64,000 bases of DNA from NCBI GenBank assembly GCA_963674865.2, contig CAXXYE010000009.1:896001-960000 (forward strand), read 5' to 3'. This DNA comes from Candidatus Hydrogenedentota bacterium (GTDB taxonomy: Bacteria > Hydrogenedentota > Hydrogenedentia > Hydrogenedentales > SLHB01). Every line of letters starts with the position of its first letter. Positions within the stretch are counted from its first letter, which is position 1. The translations under genes and the position numbers were made by a program. Below are positions 45,792-55,722 of this stretch, piece by piece. The notes below the pieces were generated by a model. That model did not search any database. It was not told the origin of the DNA and saw only the letters and a list, made by a program, of their open reading frames with translations.

Positions 45792-46817
45792 AAGCGGACC
45801 GGTGTTCAGAAGCAGGTTTGCGTTGATCTCCTTCGCCTTCCGGAGCATCTCCATCACCTGATCCGCCGACTTATGCTTGCCGTCGTCTTCCTTGATGTAG
45901 CCCCATCCCCGCGGCTGTAAGGTATCGCAGATCTCCAAGGGCACATCCGATCTGCCCTTCCAGTGGCGTTCGGGGGCCTTGAAATCCTCGGTTCCGAGCA
46001 GGCCCTGCTTGTACGACACCAATACCTGCGGTTGCAGGGCGTGAATGTGATCGTAGAGTTCCTGGCATTTGAAGAGGTGAATCTTGTCCTCGCGGGATGC
46101 CGGTGTGGCGATGCCGTCCAGCCAGATGGTGGCGATCGGCCCGTAGTTGGTAAGTAACTCGGTGATCTGATTCTTCATGAACTCGACGTAGATCTGGAGG
46201 TCATGTTCCTCGCCGTACTTGTAGAGCGTCTCGGGAGGATCGTATTCCGGCCTCGCCGAGCCCCCCCAGTTCTCGTTGTTCGGCGCATGGGGATGCCGCC
46301 AGTCGCGTCCGTGAGAGTAGTAGAGGCAGAATCCGAGGCCCTTTCCCCGGCATTGTTCACCAAGTTCGCCGACTAAATCCCTTTTTGCCGGCGTATTCGT
46401 GCACTTGAAGTCCGTGTACTTCGAGTCGAAGAGGCAGAAGCTGTCATGGTGTCGCGTCGTGAGATTCACGTATTTCATCCCGGCATCGAGGGCCATATCC
46501 GTGATGAAGTCAGCGTCGAACTTCTCCGCGGAAAAGCGCTCCGCGAGCTTCTCGTACGCTCTTACAGGGATCTTCTCCCTCAACTGCACCCATTCGTGGC
46601 GTCCGAGCAGGGAATAGAGTCCGTAATGCATGAACAGGCCGAATCCGGCGTTGCGAAACCATTCTGCGGCGGCTTTGCGCGGGGCTGTCTTGTACAATCC
46701 GGCAACGTCTTTCAGGTAGGAAGGCGCGGCGTCATTGGTTTCCCCGAAGGCGGCGGCTCCGAGGGCGGCAGCGCCTGTGCAGACAAGGCTCGTCTTCATG
46801 AATTCTCGACGCTCCAT
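45720..46817 (-). CDS. Alpha-L-fucosidase (GH29) with Tat signal peptide
   Basis: MERREFMK Tat motif; FGLFMHYGLYS, TTRHHDSFCLF, IWLDG, NLLLNTGPLPDGSI. Confidence 0.92.
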   Translation of the reverse strand: MERREFMKTSLVCTGAAALGAAAFGETNDAAPSYLKDVAGLYKTAPRKAAAEWFRNAGFGLFMHYGLYSLLGRHEWVQLREKIPVRAYEKLAERFSAEKFDADFITDMALDAGMKYVNLTTRHHDSFCLFDSKYTDFKCTNTPAKRDLVGELGEQCRGKGLGFCLYYSHGRDWRHPHAPNNENWGGSARPEYDPPETLYKYGEEHDLQIYVEFMKNQITELLTNYGPIATIWLDGIATPASREDKIHLFKCQELYDHIHALQPQVLVSYKQGLLGTEDFKAPERHWKGRSDVPLEICDTLQPRGWGYIKEDDGKHKSADQVMEMLRKAKEINANLLLNTGPLPDGSIHPEDVETLKEVGHRLRSV

Positions 46818-46848
46818 CACGGTGTTCCTACTGCTTGTCGCTTTGCTC

Positions 46849-46905
46849 AGCCAACGGGCCGCGGATGAGCGGCGCAAAGCGACCGATTCAATCCGCTGGT
46901 TAGTA
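46849..46905 (-). mobile_element. attC-like site overlapping the stop codon of the upstream gene
   Basis: Minus strand TACTAAC-CAGCGGATTGA...TCATCCGC-GGCCC-GTTGGCT; R'' contains the TAA stop; arms pair with one extrahelical base; 57 bp. Confidence 0.65.
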
Positions 46906-47910
46906 GCAATCAGGATTCTTGGCTTTGAGAACATCCCCTAGTTCTGGTGCGAATTGCTTCAGGCGGCTGCGCGTTAGTACTTGTGAAGCGCCCAGCCGCT
47001 GAATGAGCTCATTCTTGTCCCGCCTGTTTTGCCAGCATGACAGAAGGTATCTGGCTTGTCCGTACGCATTCAAGGTTCGGCCTTTCCCCTCCAGAAGCCG
47101 GAACAATCGCTCCGCAACCAGGAATTGCTCTGCCGCTTTGAACGCACAGGCCGCATTCGTGGCTGCAATATAGACTGCTGCACGGGGCCTGTCTGCATTC
47201 AGTTGTTCCCAACTGCCTAATAGGGACGGTTCCGACGCAGTATCCTCTAGATCACCTGAGCGGGAAAGGCAATGATCCAGTCTTTCCTGAAGCTCTTGTC
47301 CTATTCTAGCCATATCTTCTGTTCGATCCGTAGCCTTACAGAACTCAAGGAAGAGAGTCATGTGCGTTATTGCCGCAAATTCACCGTTGTGCCATGACGG
47401 ATCTTCGGCGAGCAGCGTCTCCATGGCATTGAGTGCTGTCTCCGCCCGAGCGAACTGCCGAAAGCGAATACATGCACATGCGTTCGCTCTGTGCGATTCG
47501 AACCGGACAGTCCGATTCTGGGCTACCAGCGGCGACTGGCTGTTAGCGAATTCATAGCAGTCCCGCCAGAACTCCAGAAATCCACCATCAATCAAAGTCA
47601 GTGCCTGAGTGGCATCAGAGACGATCCAATGAAGACGGAGCGGGAAGAGGTTATCCTTGCTCCATTCGTGAAACTCTGAATGACACTTGTACTGGCTCTT
47701 CGCATCCCTCAGCAGGGCATATCGATCACAGAGATTCCAGAGAATCCAACCGGTATCATCAACTGACAGATTTGCCCTCGCCCGGAGATCTACGAGGAGA
47801 TCGATGATGCATTGTGAATGAGCGCGTTCGTTGAGTAGCCTGCGAAACGTGTTCTTCGCTTCGTCAAGAGTTGGGTGCAATGCCATCTCCTTGTATCTTC
47901 GAGCCCTCAT
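46900..47910 (-). CDS. Hypothetical alpha-helical (TPR-like) protein
   Basis: Long ORF, visibly lower GC than the core genes, helical-repeat-like pattern; start uncertain (47886-47979). Confidence 0.65.
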   Translation of the reverse strand: MRARRYKEMALHPTLDEAKNTFRRLLNERAHSQCIIDLLVDLRARANLSVDDTGWILWNLCDRYALLRDAKSQYKCHSEFHEWSKDNLFPLRLHWIVSDATQALTLIDGGFLEFWRDCYEFANSQSPLVAQNRTVRFESHRANACACIRFRQFARAETALNAMETLLAEDPSWHNGEFAAITHMTLFLEFCKATDRTEDMARIGQELQERLDHCLSRSGDLEDTASEPSLLGSWEQLNADRPRAAVYIAATNAACAFKAAEQFLVAERLFRLLEGKGRTLNAYGQARYLLSCWQNRRDKNELIQRLGASQVLTRSRLKQFAPELGDVLKAKNPDCY

Positions 47911-48003
47911 AAGCTCTGTCCGGAGCGGCTTCACGGAGTGCGGCATGCTCACAAATACAAGCCCCCGCGGCCACTGCATGAGTTCGATGCCTTTACGGGG
48001 AAT

Positions 48004-48012
48004 AGTATAGCA
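48004..48012 (-). promoter_or_regulatory. Extended -10 promoter candidate at the head of the cassette array
   Basis: TGCTATACT on the minus strand; no canonical -35 at 17 nt. Confidence 0.4.
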
Positions 48013-48303
48013 CAGAGGCTCTGGCCTGGAGTTCCAAGTGTATGGCCTTTGGAACGCCTCAGCACTGAACGAGGGCCTTCATGGAAACGCTGACGTGTCC
48101 CTTCGAGAGCGTCTAGCCGGGAGGGACGCGCTCCTGCGCGTCCGTGGTCGAGTGGGAGCACCATCCTCCCATGGCATCGAATAGGCCACCGAGCCTATGA
48201 AGGGGGCTGTTGAACGTTTAGTAGACAGGGAGACTGAGAATTCCCGTACAAGCGTGGTAGGATAACGCCTGACAGCCGCAGAACAACCAAGAGAAGGGCA
48301 AAC

Positions 48304-50058
48304 ATGAGCGAAAAGGCCGTGTCCGGAAGCCGGAAACCGAATGTCATTCTCGTTATCACCGATGATCAAGGCTACGGCGATCTAGGCTGTACGGGGAATC
48401 CGTGGATACAGACGCCGAATATCGACGCGTTCCATGACGCGGGCGTCCGGTTTGGGGATTTCCACGTCTCGCCGCTGTGCACGCCGACGCGCGGCGCGTT
48501 AATGTCGGGCCGCCGCCCCATTCGCAACGGCGCGTGGGCAACGACCTGGGGCCGCTCGATGCTCCGGCGCTCGGAAACCACCATGGCCGACGTGTTTCAG
48601 GCCAATGGGTACCGCACGGGCATGTTCGGCAAGTGGCACTTGGGCGACAACTATCCGTATCGCCCTCAGGATAGAGGATTCTCCCACGTTGTGGCGCACA
48701 AGGGGGGCGGCGTCGGGCAGACGCCCGATTTCTGGGGCAATAACTACTTCGACGACACGTATTTCCACAACGGCGCGCCGGTATCGCACGAGGGATACTG
48801 CACGGATGTCTGGTTTGAAGAGGCCATGAAGTTCATCGACACCTGCGGCGAGCAGCCGTTCTTCGCCTACGTCGCCACCAATGCGCCCCATGCGCCGTTC
48901 TTCGTCGCGGGGCGGTATCGGGCGCTGTATCAGGATGAACAGGCCATACCCGAGCCCGCGTTCTACGGTATGATCACGAACATCGATGAGAACTTCGGCC
49001 GTTTGCGCGCATATCTCGAAGAAAAGGGCATCGCCGATAACACGATCCTCATCTTCATGACGGATAACGGAAGCGCCGGGGGATGCCTCTTGGATGAGCA
49101 TGAGTTCCTTTCCGCCGGATACAACGCCGGGATGCGGGGCAGGAAGGCTTCATACTACGACGGCGGGCACCGGGTGCCCTTCTTCATACGTTGGCCGGGC
49201 GGGGGATTGGAAGGGCCGCGCGATATCGAGGAAATGGCCCTGCACATCGACCTCCTACCGACGCTCATCGATCTGTGTGAACTCACGCCGCCCGATGATG
49301 CGGCCTTTGACGGCACGAGTCTGGCGCCGTTGCTCCGGGGCGCATGCGATAGCTTGCCCGGCGATAGAATCCAGTTCCTGCAATACCGCCAGCACACCGA
49401 TCCGCCGGAGAAGTGGTTCAACGCCGTCATGACGCGCCAGTGGCGCTTGGTAAAGGGCAGCGAGCTATACGATATAAAGGACGATCCGGCGCAGCGAAAT
49501 GATGTATCCGCCGATCATCCGGATGTCGTGGCGCGTTTGCGAGCCGCGCACGAGCAGTGGTGGGCGGAAGTGGAGCCCGGCCTCCGGGAGTACTGCCCCA
49601 TCTCACTCGGCAACGATGCGGAGAATCCGACGCGGCTGAACGCCATGGACGTTATGGGAGATGTCGCTTGGCACCAGAGCCACATCGCCCGGGCGCAAGA
49701 GAGCACGGGCTGCTGGAACGTGGACGTGGAGCAGGCGGGCAGATACCGATTCACGCTGCGCAGGTGGCCCAAGGAACTGGGCCTGCCTATCGATGCCAAC
49801 ATATCCGATGAGGAGGCGCAGCAACTCACCTTCGCGCGCGAGGATGCCTCCGGCAATACCATCCATCCCGTCAGCGCCAGGATTGGACTGTTCGACTGGG
49901 AGCAGACGCAATCCATCGAGCCGGGAGACACCACCGTGGTGTTCGAGTGCGATGTGGCGCAAACCGGCGTCACGCGGCTTGACGCGTGGTTTGCGGACGA
50001 AGATGGCCATGAACGCGGCGCCTACTATGTCTACGTGGAGCGGCTTGCAGATGAATAA
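48304..50058 (+). CDS. Arylsulfatase
   Basis: PNVILVITDDQGYGD, CTPTR, GKWHLG, MTDNG, GGHRVPFF. Confidence 0.94.
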   Translation: MSEKAVSGSRKPNVILVITDDQGYGDLGCTGNPWIQTPNIDAFHDAGVRFGDFHVSPLCTPTRGALMSGRRPIRNGAWATTWGRSMLRRSETTMADVFQANGYRTGMFGKWHLGDNYPYRPQDRGFSHVVAHKGGGVGQTPDFWGNNYFDDTYFHNGAPVSHEGYCTDVWFEEAMKFIDTCGEQPFFAYVATNAPHAPFFVAGRYRALYQDEQAIPEPAFYGMITNIDENFGRLRAYLEEKGIADNTILIFMTDNGSAGGCLLDEHEFLSAGYNAGMRGRKASYYDGGHRVPFFIRWPGGGLEGPRDIEEMALHIDLLPTLIDLCELTPPDDAAFDGTSLAPLLRGACDSLPGDRIQFLQYRQHTDPPEKWFNAVMTRQWRLVKGSELYDIKDDPAQRNDVSADHPDVVARLRAAHEQWWAEVEPGLREYCPISLGNDAENPTRLNAMDVMGDVAWHQSHIARAQESTGCWNVDVEQAGRYRFTLRRWPKELGLPIDANISDEEAQQLTFAREDASGNTIHPVSARIGLFDWEQTQSIEPGDTTVVFECDVAQTGVTRLDAWFADEDGHERGAYYVYVERLADE

Positions 50059-50536
50059 GAGCATCACGTTTGAGCCGATAGGAGTCATCCATTCGCCCTT
50101 CACGAAGCTGGAAGGGATGCCGATTCAACCGGCGTGGGCGGCGGGCGTCAAAGGCGCCGTCGAGGTGTTTCCGGAGTATGCGGACGGCCTGAAGGATCTG
50201 GACGGATTCTCGCACATCGTGCTGCTGTACCATTTCCACCGTTCCAAGGGGCACCGTCTGCGTGTTGTTCCGTTCATGGACGCGGTTGAGCGCGGCCTGT
50301 TCGCCACGCGCGCGCCGAAGCGTCCCAATGCCATTGGCCTGTCCGTCGTCCGGCTCCGCAAGGTCGAAGGGCGTGTCTTGCACATCGAGAATGTGGACAT
50401 CCTCGACGGCACGCCGCTGCTCGATATCAAGCCTTATGTGCCGGCGTTCGACAAGGCGACGCGCGTGCGGACGGGCTGGCTCGAGAAGGCGCGGAAAACG
50501 GTGACGCGTAAGCGCTCGGATCAGCGGTTCACATAG
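50051..50536 (+). CDS. tsaA: tRNA (N6-threonylcarbamoyladenosine(37)-N6)-methyltransferase TrmO/TsaA
   Basis: PIGVIHSPF, GLFATRAPKRPNAIGLS, DILDGTPLLDIKPY. Confidence 0.92.
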   Translation: MNKSITFEPIGVIHSPFTKLEGMPIQPAWAAGVKGAVEVFPEYADGLKDLDGFSHIVLLYHFHRSKGHRLRVVPFMDAVERGLFATRAPKRPNAIGLSVVRLRKVEGRVLHIENVDILDGTPLLDIKPYVPAFDKATRVRTGWLEKARKTVTRKRSDQRFT

Positions 50537-50708
50537 GCACGGTAGGAGCCGGCGGATGACCTCCGGCGGCCGGCTCGCCGATCTAGCGGTGTCCTCGGCA
50601 ACACGGTTGTCCCCTTCGCGCGGTGATTTCCGCGCGGGGGCGAATTGTCATACAATGGGCCGGGCGAGTCGGACTTGGACAGTGTGATTAAGAGGGTGCC
50701 TGTCGCGC

Positions 50709-51086
50709 ATGCGAAATATGCTGTTGGTTGGGATGGGTGGTTTCGTCGGATCGGCGCTGCGATACGCGGCTTCGGGCGCAGTTCAGCGGCTTTGGCCGGC
50801 GGCGGCGTTTCCCTTGGGCACCCTGACGGTGAACGTGGTGGGCTGTCTGGCGATCGGTTTGTTGGGCGGCTACGCGGAAAACGTCCAGGCCTTCACGCCG
50901 GGCGTGCGGCTATTCGTCATGCTGGGACTCCTGGGCGGATTCACCACGTATTCCTCATTCGGCTATGAAACCATGGCGCTGCTGCGGGATGGGCAGGCCC
51001 TTTGGGCATTCGGTAACGTCGCGCTGCACATGATCGTCGGCCTGGGCGCGGTTTGGCTAGGTTACGGGCTTTCCACATTGAGCTGA
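50709..51086 (+). CDS. crcB: Fluoride efflux channel CrcB/Fluc
   Basis: GGFVGSALRY, FPLGTLTVNVVG, GLLGGFTTYSSF. Confidence 0.95.
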   Translation: MRNMLLVGMGGFVGSALRYAASGAVQRLWPAAAFPLGTLTVNVVGCLAIGLLGGYAENVQAFTPGVRLFVMLGLLGGFTTYSSFGYETMALLRDGQALWAFGNVALHMIVGLGAVWLGYGLSTLS

Positions 51087-51094
51087 GGTGAACG

Positions 51095-51427
51095 ATGCTG
51101 CCTAAGGACGGACAACTGCTGCGGGTGTTCATCGGCGAGAGCGATCGGACGGACGGCAAGTCGCTTTATGAATGGATCGTGCGCAAAGCGCGCGAGGCGG
51201 GGATGGCCGGCGTCACGGTGCTGCGGGGCCTCGAGGGCTTCGGCGCCCACAGCCGTATGCACACGGCGAAAATCCTCCGTTTGTCGCAGGATTTGCCCAT
51301 CGTCATCGAGATTGTGGATGCGCCGGAGAAGATCGAGGCGTTCATTCCCACCATCGAGGGCGCCATCAAGGAAGGCCTGATGACAGTCGAGAACGTGCAG
51401 GTGCGCTTTTATCGCGGCGGGGCGTAG
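51095..51427 (+). CDS. DUF190 / PII-like protein commonly paired with crcB
   Basis: LLRVFIGESD, GMAGVTVLRGLEGFG, LSQDLPIVIEIVD. Confidence 0.9.
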   Translation: MLPKDGQLLRVFIGESDRTDGKSLYEWIVRKAREAGMAGVTVLRGLEGFGAHSRMHTAKILRLSQDLPIVIEIVDAPEKIEAFIPTIEGAIKEGLMTVENVQVRFYRGGA

Positions 51428-51495
51428 AACGGATTCAGAGGGGCAGGCAATTCGCGGGACACCCTTTTCTTTTTTCAACCAGGAGGGCCAATTCG

Positions 51496-53490
51496 ATGCA
51501 GTTCTTGAAGTCAGTTGAGGCGCCCGGCGTCTCTTTTCGCTATGACGGCCGGGCATCGGACGAGTTCCTGGGGCAGTGGGAGGCCGCGGCGCGCACGGAG
51601 TCGGTTCCCTCGGGGACAATGGAGCACCGGACGTGCCTCGACGATGTCACGGGCCTGGCGGTGACGGTGCACGTTCGCCGGTTTGACGACTTCGCGGCCG
51701 TCGAGTGGGTGGCGGAATTCGAAAACACCGGGACGGCGGATACGCCCATCATCGAAGATATCCTGCCGCTTGATATTTCGATTCCCGTGGACAAGGGCGA
51801 AATGGTGCGGCTGCATCACGCCAACGGCAGCTCCTGCCGGATGGACGACTTCCTGCCCATGAGCACGAATCTTCCGCCACGGGCGAGCAAGACGCTCACG
51901 CCCGTGGGGGGGCGCTCATCGAATGGCGTCATGTCGTTCATGAATCTCCAGCGCAAGGATTGCGGCCTCGTGCTGGCCGTGGGGTGGTCGGGCCAGTGGT
52001 CGGCCTCCTTCGGGCGGGATAACGAGGGCGCCTTACGGCTCACGGCGGGCATGGAGCGGACGCACCTGCGGCTGCATACGGGCGAGAAGGTTCGCACGCC
52101 GCGCATGCTGGTACTCGGCTGGGACGGTGACGATCCCGAAGCAGGCAACAACCTCCTGCGGCAATTGATGCTGGCGCATTATCTGCCGCGCATTGACGGC
52201 ACATTGGTGGTTCCGCCCGTGGCGCAATGCCTCCAGGCGTATTTCTATCTCACGGACAAAGCCGGGGAGGCCTTCGAGATGAAGGCCCTGCCGAAGGCCT
52301 CCGCGGCGGGCGTAGATACCTACTGGATCGACGCCTGCTGGTACGGCGGCCAAGGATCGTGGTCATCCCAGGCGGGGTCGTGGGTGGTGAACCGGGACAA
52401 GTTCCCCAACGGCCTGAAGCCCATCAGCGACGCCGCCCACGAGAAGGGCATGCCCTTTGTGCTCTGGTTCGAGCCGGAGCGCGCGCGCGTGGGATCGCTG
52501 CTTCACCAGGAGCACCCGGAGTTCTTGCTCGCCTGCGAATCCGATACCAGCAACCTTCTGCTGAACTTGGGCCTGCCCGAGGCGCGGGAACACATCACGG
52601 CTCTTATCTCCGAGGCCATTACCGAGCACGGCGTCGACGTCTACCGCCAGGACTTCAATTTCGATCCGCTCCCCTATTGGCAGGCGGCGGATACGCCCGA
52701 GCGCATCGGCATGACGGAGATCCGCCACGTCGAGGGCCTCTACCTCTTCTGGGACGAGCTGCGCCGACGTCATCCGAAGCTATGGATCGACAACTGCGCC
52801 AGCGGCGGGCGGCGCATCGATCTCGAAACCATGTCGCGCTCGCTGCCGCTGTGGCCGAGCGATTTCCCGGACATCGTGGGCCTGCCGTTCGGACAAGGGC
52901 TGCACGTGGGCGATCAGTGCATCAACGCGGGCCTCGCGCGCTGGATTCCGCTCTTCGGCGGCAGCGTATGGAACTTCACGCCCTACAGCACGCGCGGGCC
53001 GATCATCGGCGGATTCAGCTTCGGTTTTCACATCGAACAGGACAAGTTCCCCTCCGATGACACCGCGTCCGTGGTGACGCCGCACGATGTGATGGCCCTC
53101 GGAGAGACGCTGCTCGACGATGACTTCCCCGTGGATCTTCTCAGCGCCGCCATCGGCGAATGGGAGAGCGTCCGGCCTTTCTTCACGGGCGATTTTCACT
53201 TGCTCCTCCCGCTCACGGCGGCGTATCACGACTGGTGCGCCTGGCAACTCCATCGGGAGGACATGGGGGCGGGCGTCGCGGCCTTCTTCCGGCGCCACGC
53301 GAGTCCATTCTCAACGATGGAGATCGGCCTCAAACGCGTCGATCCCGCAGCCGAGTACGAGGTGAGCATCAGCCCAGGCTACGAAGAGGCGCCCAAGACG
53401 CGCATGGCCGGGCAGCAGCTGGCCAGGCTGACGATCACCATCCCCGAAGCGCGCAACAGCCTCCTTCTCCGCTACACGCGGGTGGAGTAG
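51496..53490 (+). CDS. Alpha-galactosidase (GH36-like)
   Basis: AGGAGG RBS; GGRSS, WIDACWY, LWFEPER, YRQDFN, IDNCASGGRRID. Confidence 0.88.
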   Translation: MQFLKSVEAPGVSFRYDGRASDEFLGQWEAAARTESVPSGTMEHRTCLDDVTGLAVTVHVRRFDDFAAVEWVAEFENTGTADTPIIEDILPLDISIPVDKGEMVRLHHANGSSCRMDDFLPMSTNLPPRASKTLTPVGGRSSNGVMSFMNLQRKDCGLVLAVGWSGQWSASFGRDNEGALRLTAGMERTHLRLHTGEKVRTPRMLVLGWDGDDPEAGNNLLRQLMLAHYLPRIDGTLVVPPVAQCLQAYFYLTDKAGEAFEMKALPKASAAGVDTYWIDACWYGGQGSWSSQAGSWVVNRDKFPNGLKPISDAAHEKGMPFVLWFEPERARVGSLLHQEHPEFLLACESDTSNLLLNLGLPEAREHITALISEAITEHGVDVYRQDFNFDPLPYWQAADTPERIGMTEIRHVEGLYLFWDELRRRHPKLWIDNCASGGRRIDLETMSRSLPLWPSDFPDIVGLPFGQGLHVGDQCINAGLARWIPLFGGSVWNFTPYSTRGPIIGGFSFGFHIEQDKFPSDDTASVVTPHDVMALGETLLDDDFPVDLLSAAIGEWESVRPFFTGDFHLLLPLTAAYHDWCAWQLHREDMGAGVAAFFRRHASPFSTMEIGLKRVDPAAEYEVSISPGYEEAPKTRMAGQQLARLTITIPEARNSLLLRYTRVE

Positions 53491-53541
53491 TAAGTCGTTT
53501 CTTGAGGAGGCTGACGCTCGGCGTGGGGCCGGCGGAAAGCA

Positions 53542-53583
53542 GGGACAGACACGTCTACGCTACGCTTCGCTTGCGTCAGTCCC
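53542..53583 (-). repeat. REP-like palindromic element, family copy 2 (shorter)
   Basis: GGGACAGACACGTC...CGCTTGCGTCAGTCCC, same ends as 60134-60186. Confidence 0.65.
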
Positions 53584-53810
53584 TACCTTCCGCTGTCATT
53601 GGACGGCGCGGAGGGCCTGCCTCGTTCTCGGGGTCTTTTCGTCTAACGCGGCGTCCTCAAGGCGATCCCACTCCGGTGGACGTCTGGCCTGGAAGTGCGG
53701 TTCCTGGTGGGAGGCGGCTCCTATCGGAGGGGGTGTGTATAGCCCGCCGTGGCATCCGCATGTTTCCTTGGATTCGCTCTACTCACCCATAGACACGAGA
53801 TCTGAACAAC

Positions 53811-54163
53811 CCCGCGTCCCAGGAGGGGGCAGCCGCATGTAGCCGTGGATTAGCGTAGCGAGCCCACCGACACGAGACCTCAGCAATCCCGCGCCCCCGG
53901 AGGGGGCAGCCGCATGTAGCCGTGGGTGAGCGCAGCGAGCCCACGGAAACCGGCCCGCCCTGGCGAGAGCCCCGAAGGGGTGGCCGCGACTGCCATCACC
54001 GCAAGGCGGATTTCGGGGAGAAATTCAGGGCGCTGCTTGAGGCCCACGGCGTCGAGTTCGACGAGGAGTACACCTGGCTGTGAAGTGCGGGCGCTATCAC
54101 CCCATTCTGGGCTCTTGATAGGGGATGCTGCTTTGTCCGTGGGCTCACTTCGCTCACCCACGG
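53811..54163. mobile_element. Decayed REPtron / IS200-IS605-like element: GTAG-type REP palindromes flanking a tnpA remnant
   Basis: Two direct copies of GGAGGGGGCAGCCGCATGTAGCCGTGG..GAGCCCAC (53822-53867 and 53898-53946) and an inverted copy at 54137-54163. Confidence 0.7.
53994..54083 (+). pseudogene. C-terminal remnant of an IS200/RAYT-type Y1 transposase
   Basis: HHRKADFGEKFRALLEAHGVEFDEEYTWL* resembles the HH...F.EE...LL..H...FDE.Y.W tail of this family; no HUH core. Confidence 0.7.
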
Positions 54164-54612
54164 CGCCCCATTCGCGGCGCCAGGCAATCGGCATCGGATT
54201 GCTCAACCGAGACGCCCCGTCCGTGGATTGCGGCGCTCGTCCACCGGCATGCGCTATCTCCCCTTCGGGGCGACATGAATTCGCGTGAAACGCCGAAAGA
54301 CCTCTGTCTATGATGCGGGCCCCGGCGCGGAATGGACGTTGACACGGGCGGCGGCGTGAGGGTAGGTTAGGCCGCATGGCTCGCGCGTAGTTACCGGCGG
54401 TCCGCCTTTCTCACCTATCACTCAATGGGAACGGGCTTGGTGATGACAGGCAGCGGAGAAACTCGCTGGAGACTATGCAGACTCGCAAGGGTGGGCCACG
54501 ACGTAAGACGCCCGTTCCGCATGACTTGCGTGCGGCGTCTCGTTATGCGGTTGTGAGAAAGGCGGGTTAGGCGCCTTAGTGCGGATAAGTAATGCAGGAA
54601 GGGGACGGTTCC

Positions 54613-55596
54613 ATGGCGAGCAAAGATGTGCCGCGGGATAAGCGGATTGTCATTATCGATCGAGGTTACGGTACGTACGATTACGAGCGGGAGGTACTGG
54701 AGGCGGCGGGATACTCCATCGACATTTTCCGCGGGCACCACGAAGACGTCGCCGGGCGGATTGCCTTCTCGCAGGGCGCGCCGGGCATCATGATGCGCTG
54801 GACGCCTATCGACAACGCCTTCCTCGATGCCTTGCCGGATCTGAAGGCCATCGTGCGCTACGGCGTCGGCTACGAGCATATCGATCTCGAGGCCGCGTCC
54901 GCCCACGGCGTGAAAGTGGCGATTGTCTGCGGATACGGCAATCACTCCGTTTCGGATCACGCACTGACGCTGCTGCTTTCGTGCATGCGAGGAATATCGC
55001 TCGGGGAGCGGCTTTTCGAGTCCACGGTAGGCCACCCGCCGCGCCTCGACGTGATGGAGTTCAAAGACGTCACGCTCGGGATCATCGGCCTGGGCCGCAT
55101 CGGCGGCACGCTATCGCGCAAGGTTCAGTCGCTGTTCGGGCGCGTCCTGGCTTACGATCCGTACATCCCCGACGAGAAGTTCGCCGAGGACGGGGCGATC
55201 AAGTGCGATCTGGACACGTTGCTCGACGAGAGCCACATGATCAGCATCCACTGCAATCTGACGGAGGAGACGACGAAGCTTCTCGGCTGGGAGCAGTTCG
55301 AGAAGATGCGGCAGCGGCCCGTCATCGTGAACACCGCGCGCGGCCCCGTCATCGACGAGCAGGCCATGCTCGACGCGCTGCACGAGGATCGAATCCACAG
55401 CGCGGGCCTTGACGTGTTCTCCATTGAGCCGCCTTTCCCAAAGCTCGACCCGCTCTGGAAGCATCCGCGCGTAATGGCCACGTGCCATTTCGCCTACTAC
55501 AGCCAGAACGCAATAGCGGCGGTGCAGCGAGGCGCCGCGGAGCGCATGCTCGCCATGCTCCGGGGAGAGACGCCCCCGGACTGCCTCAATCCATAG
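54613..55596 (+). CDS. D-isomer-specific 2-hydroxyacid dehydrogenase (CtBP/SerA-like)
   Basis: VRYGVGYEHID, GIIGLGRIG, VNTARGPVID, GLDVFSIEP, HFAYYS. Confidence 0.92.
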   Translation: MASKDVPRDKRIVIIDRGYGTYDYEREVLEAAGYSIDIFRGHHEDVAGRIAFSQGAPGIMMRWTPIDNAFLDALPDLKAIVRYGVGYEHIDLEAASAHGVKVAIVCGYGNHSVSDHALTLLLSCMRGISLGERLFESTVGHPPRLDVMEFKDVTLGIIGLGRIGGTLSRKVQSLFGRVLAYDPYIPDEKFAEDGAIKCDLDTLLDESHMISIHCNLTEETTKLLGWEQFEKMRQRPVIVNTARGPVIDEQAMLDALHEDRIHSAGLDVFSIEPPFPKLDPLWKHPRVMATCHFAYYSQNAIAAVQRGAAERMLAMLRGETPPDCLNP

Positions 55597-55722
55597 GCGC
55601 GGACGGCGGGTCGCCGCCTGTGCATCGTGTTGGAGGGAGGCTATGCCGACGCGCCCAGCAACACGCGGACAATGACGACTGTCGGCCTTGGCCCAGCGCT
55701 CGATACTACCAGCAGGCCGCGT

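Noticed and set aside
50537..50708. Fluoride riboswitch upstream of crcB
   Set aside because: The GGCGATGG...CTGATG consensus arrangement could not be found; only generic GC-rich hairpins are present
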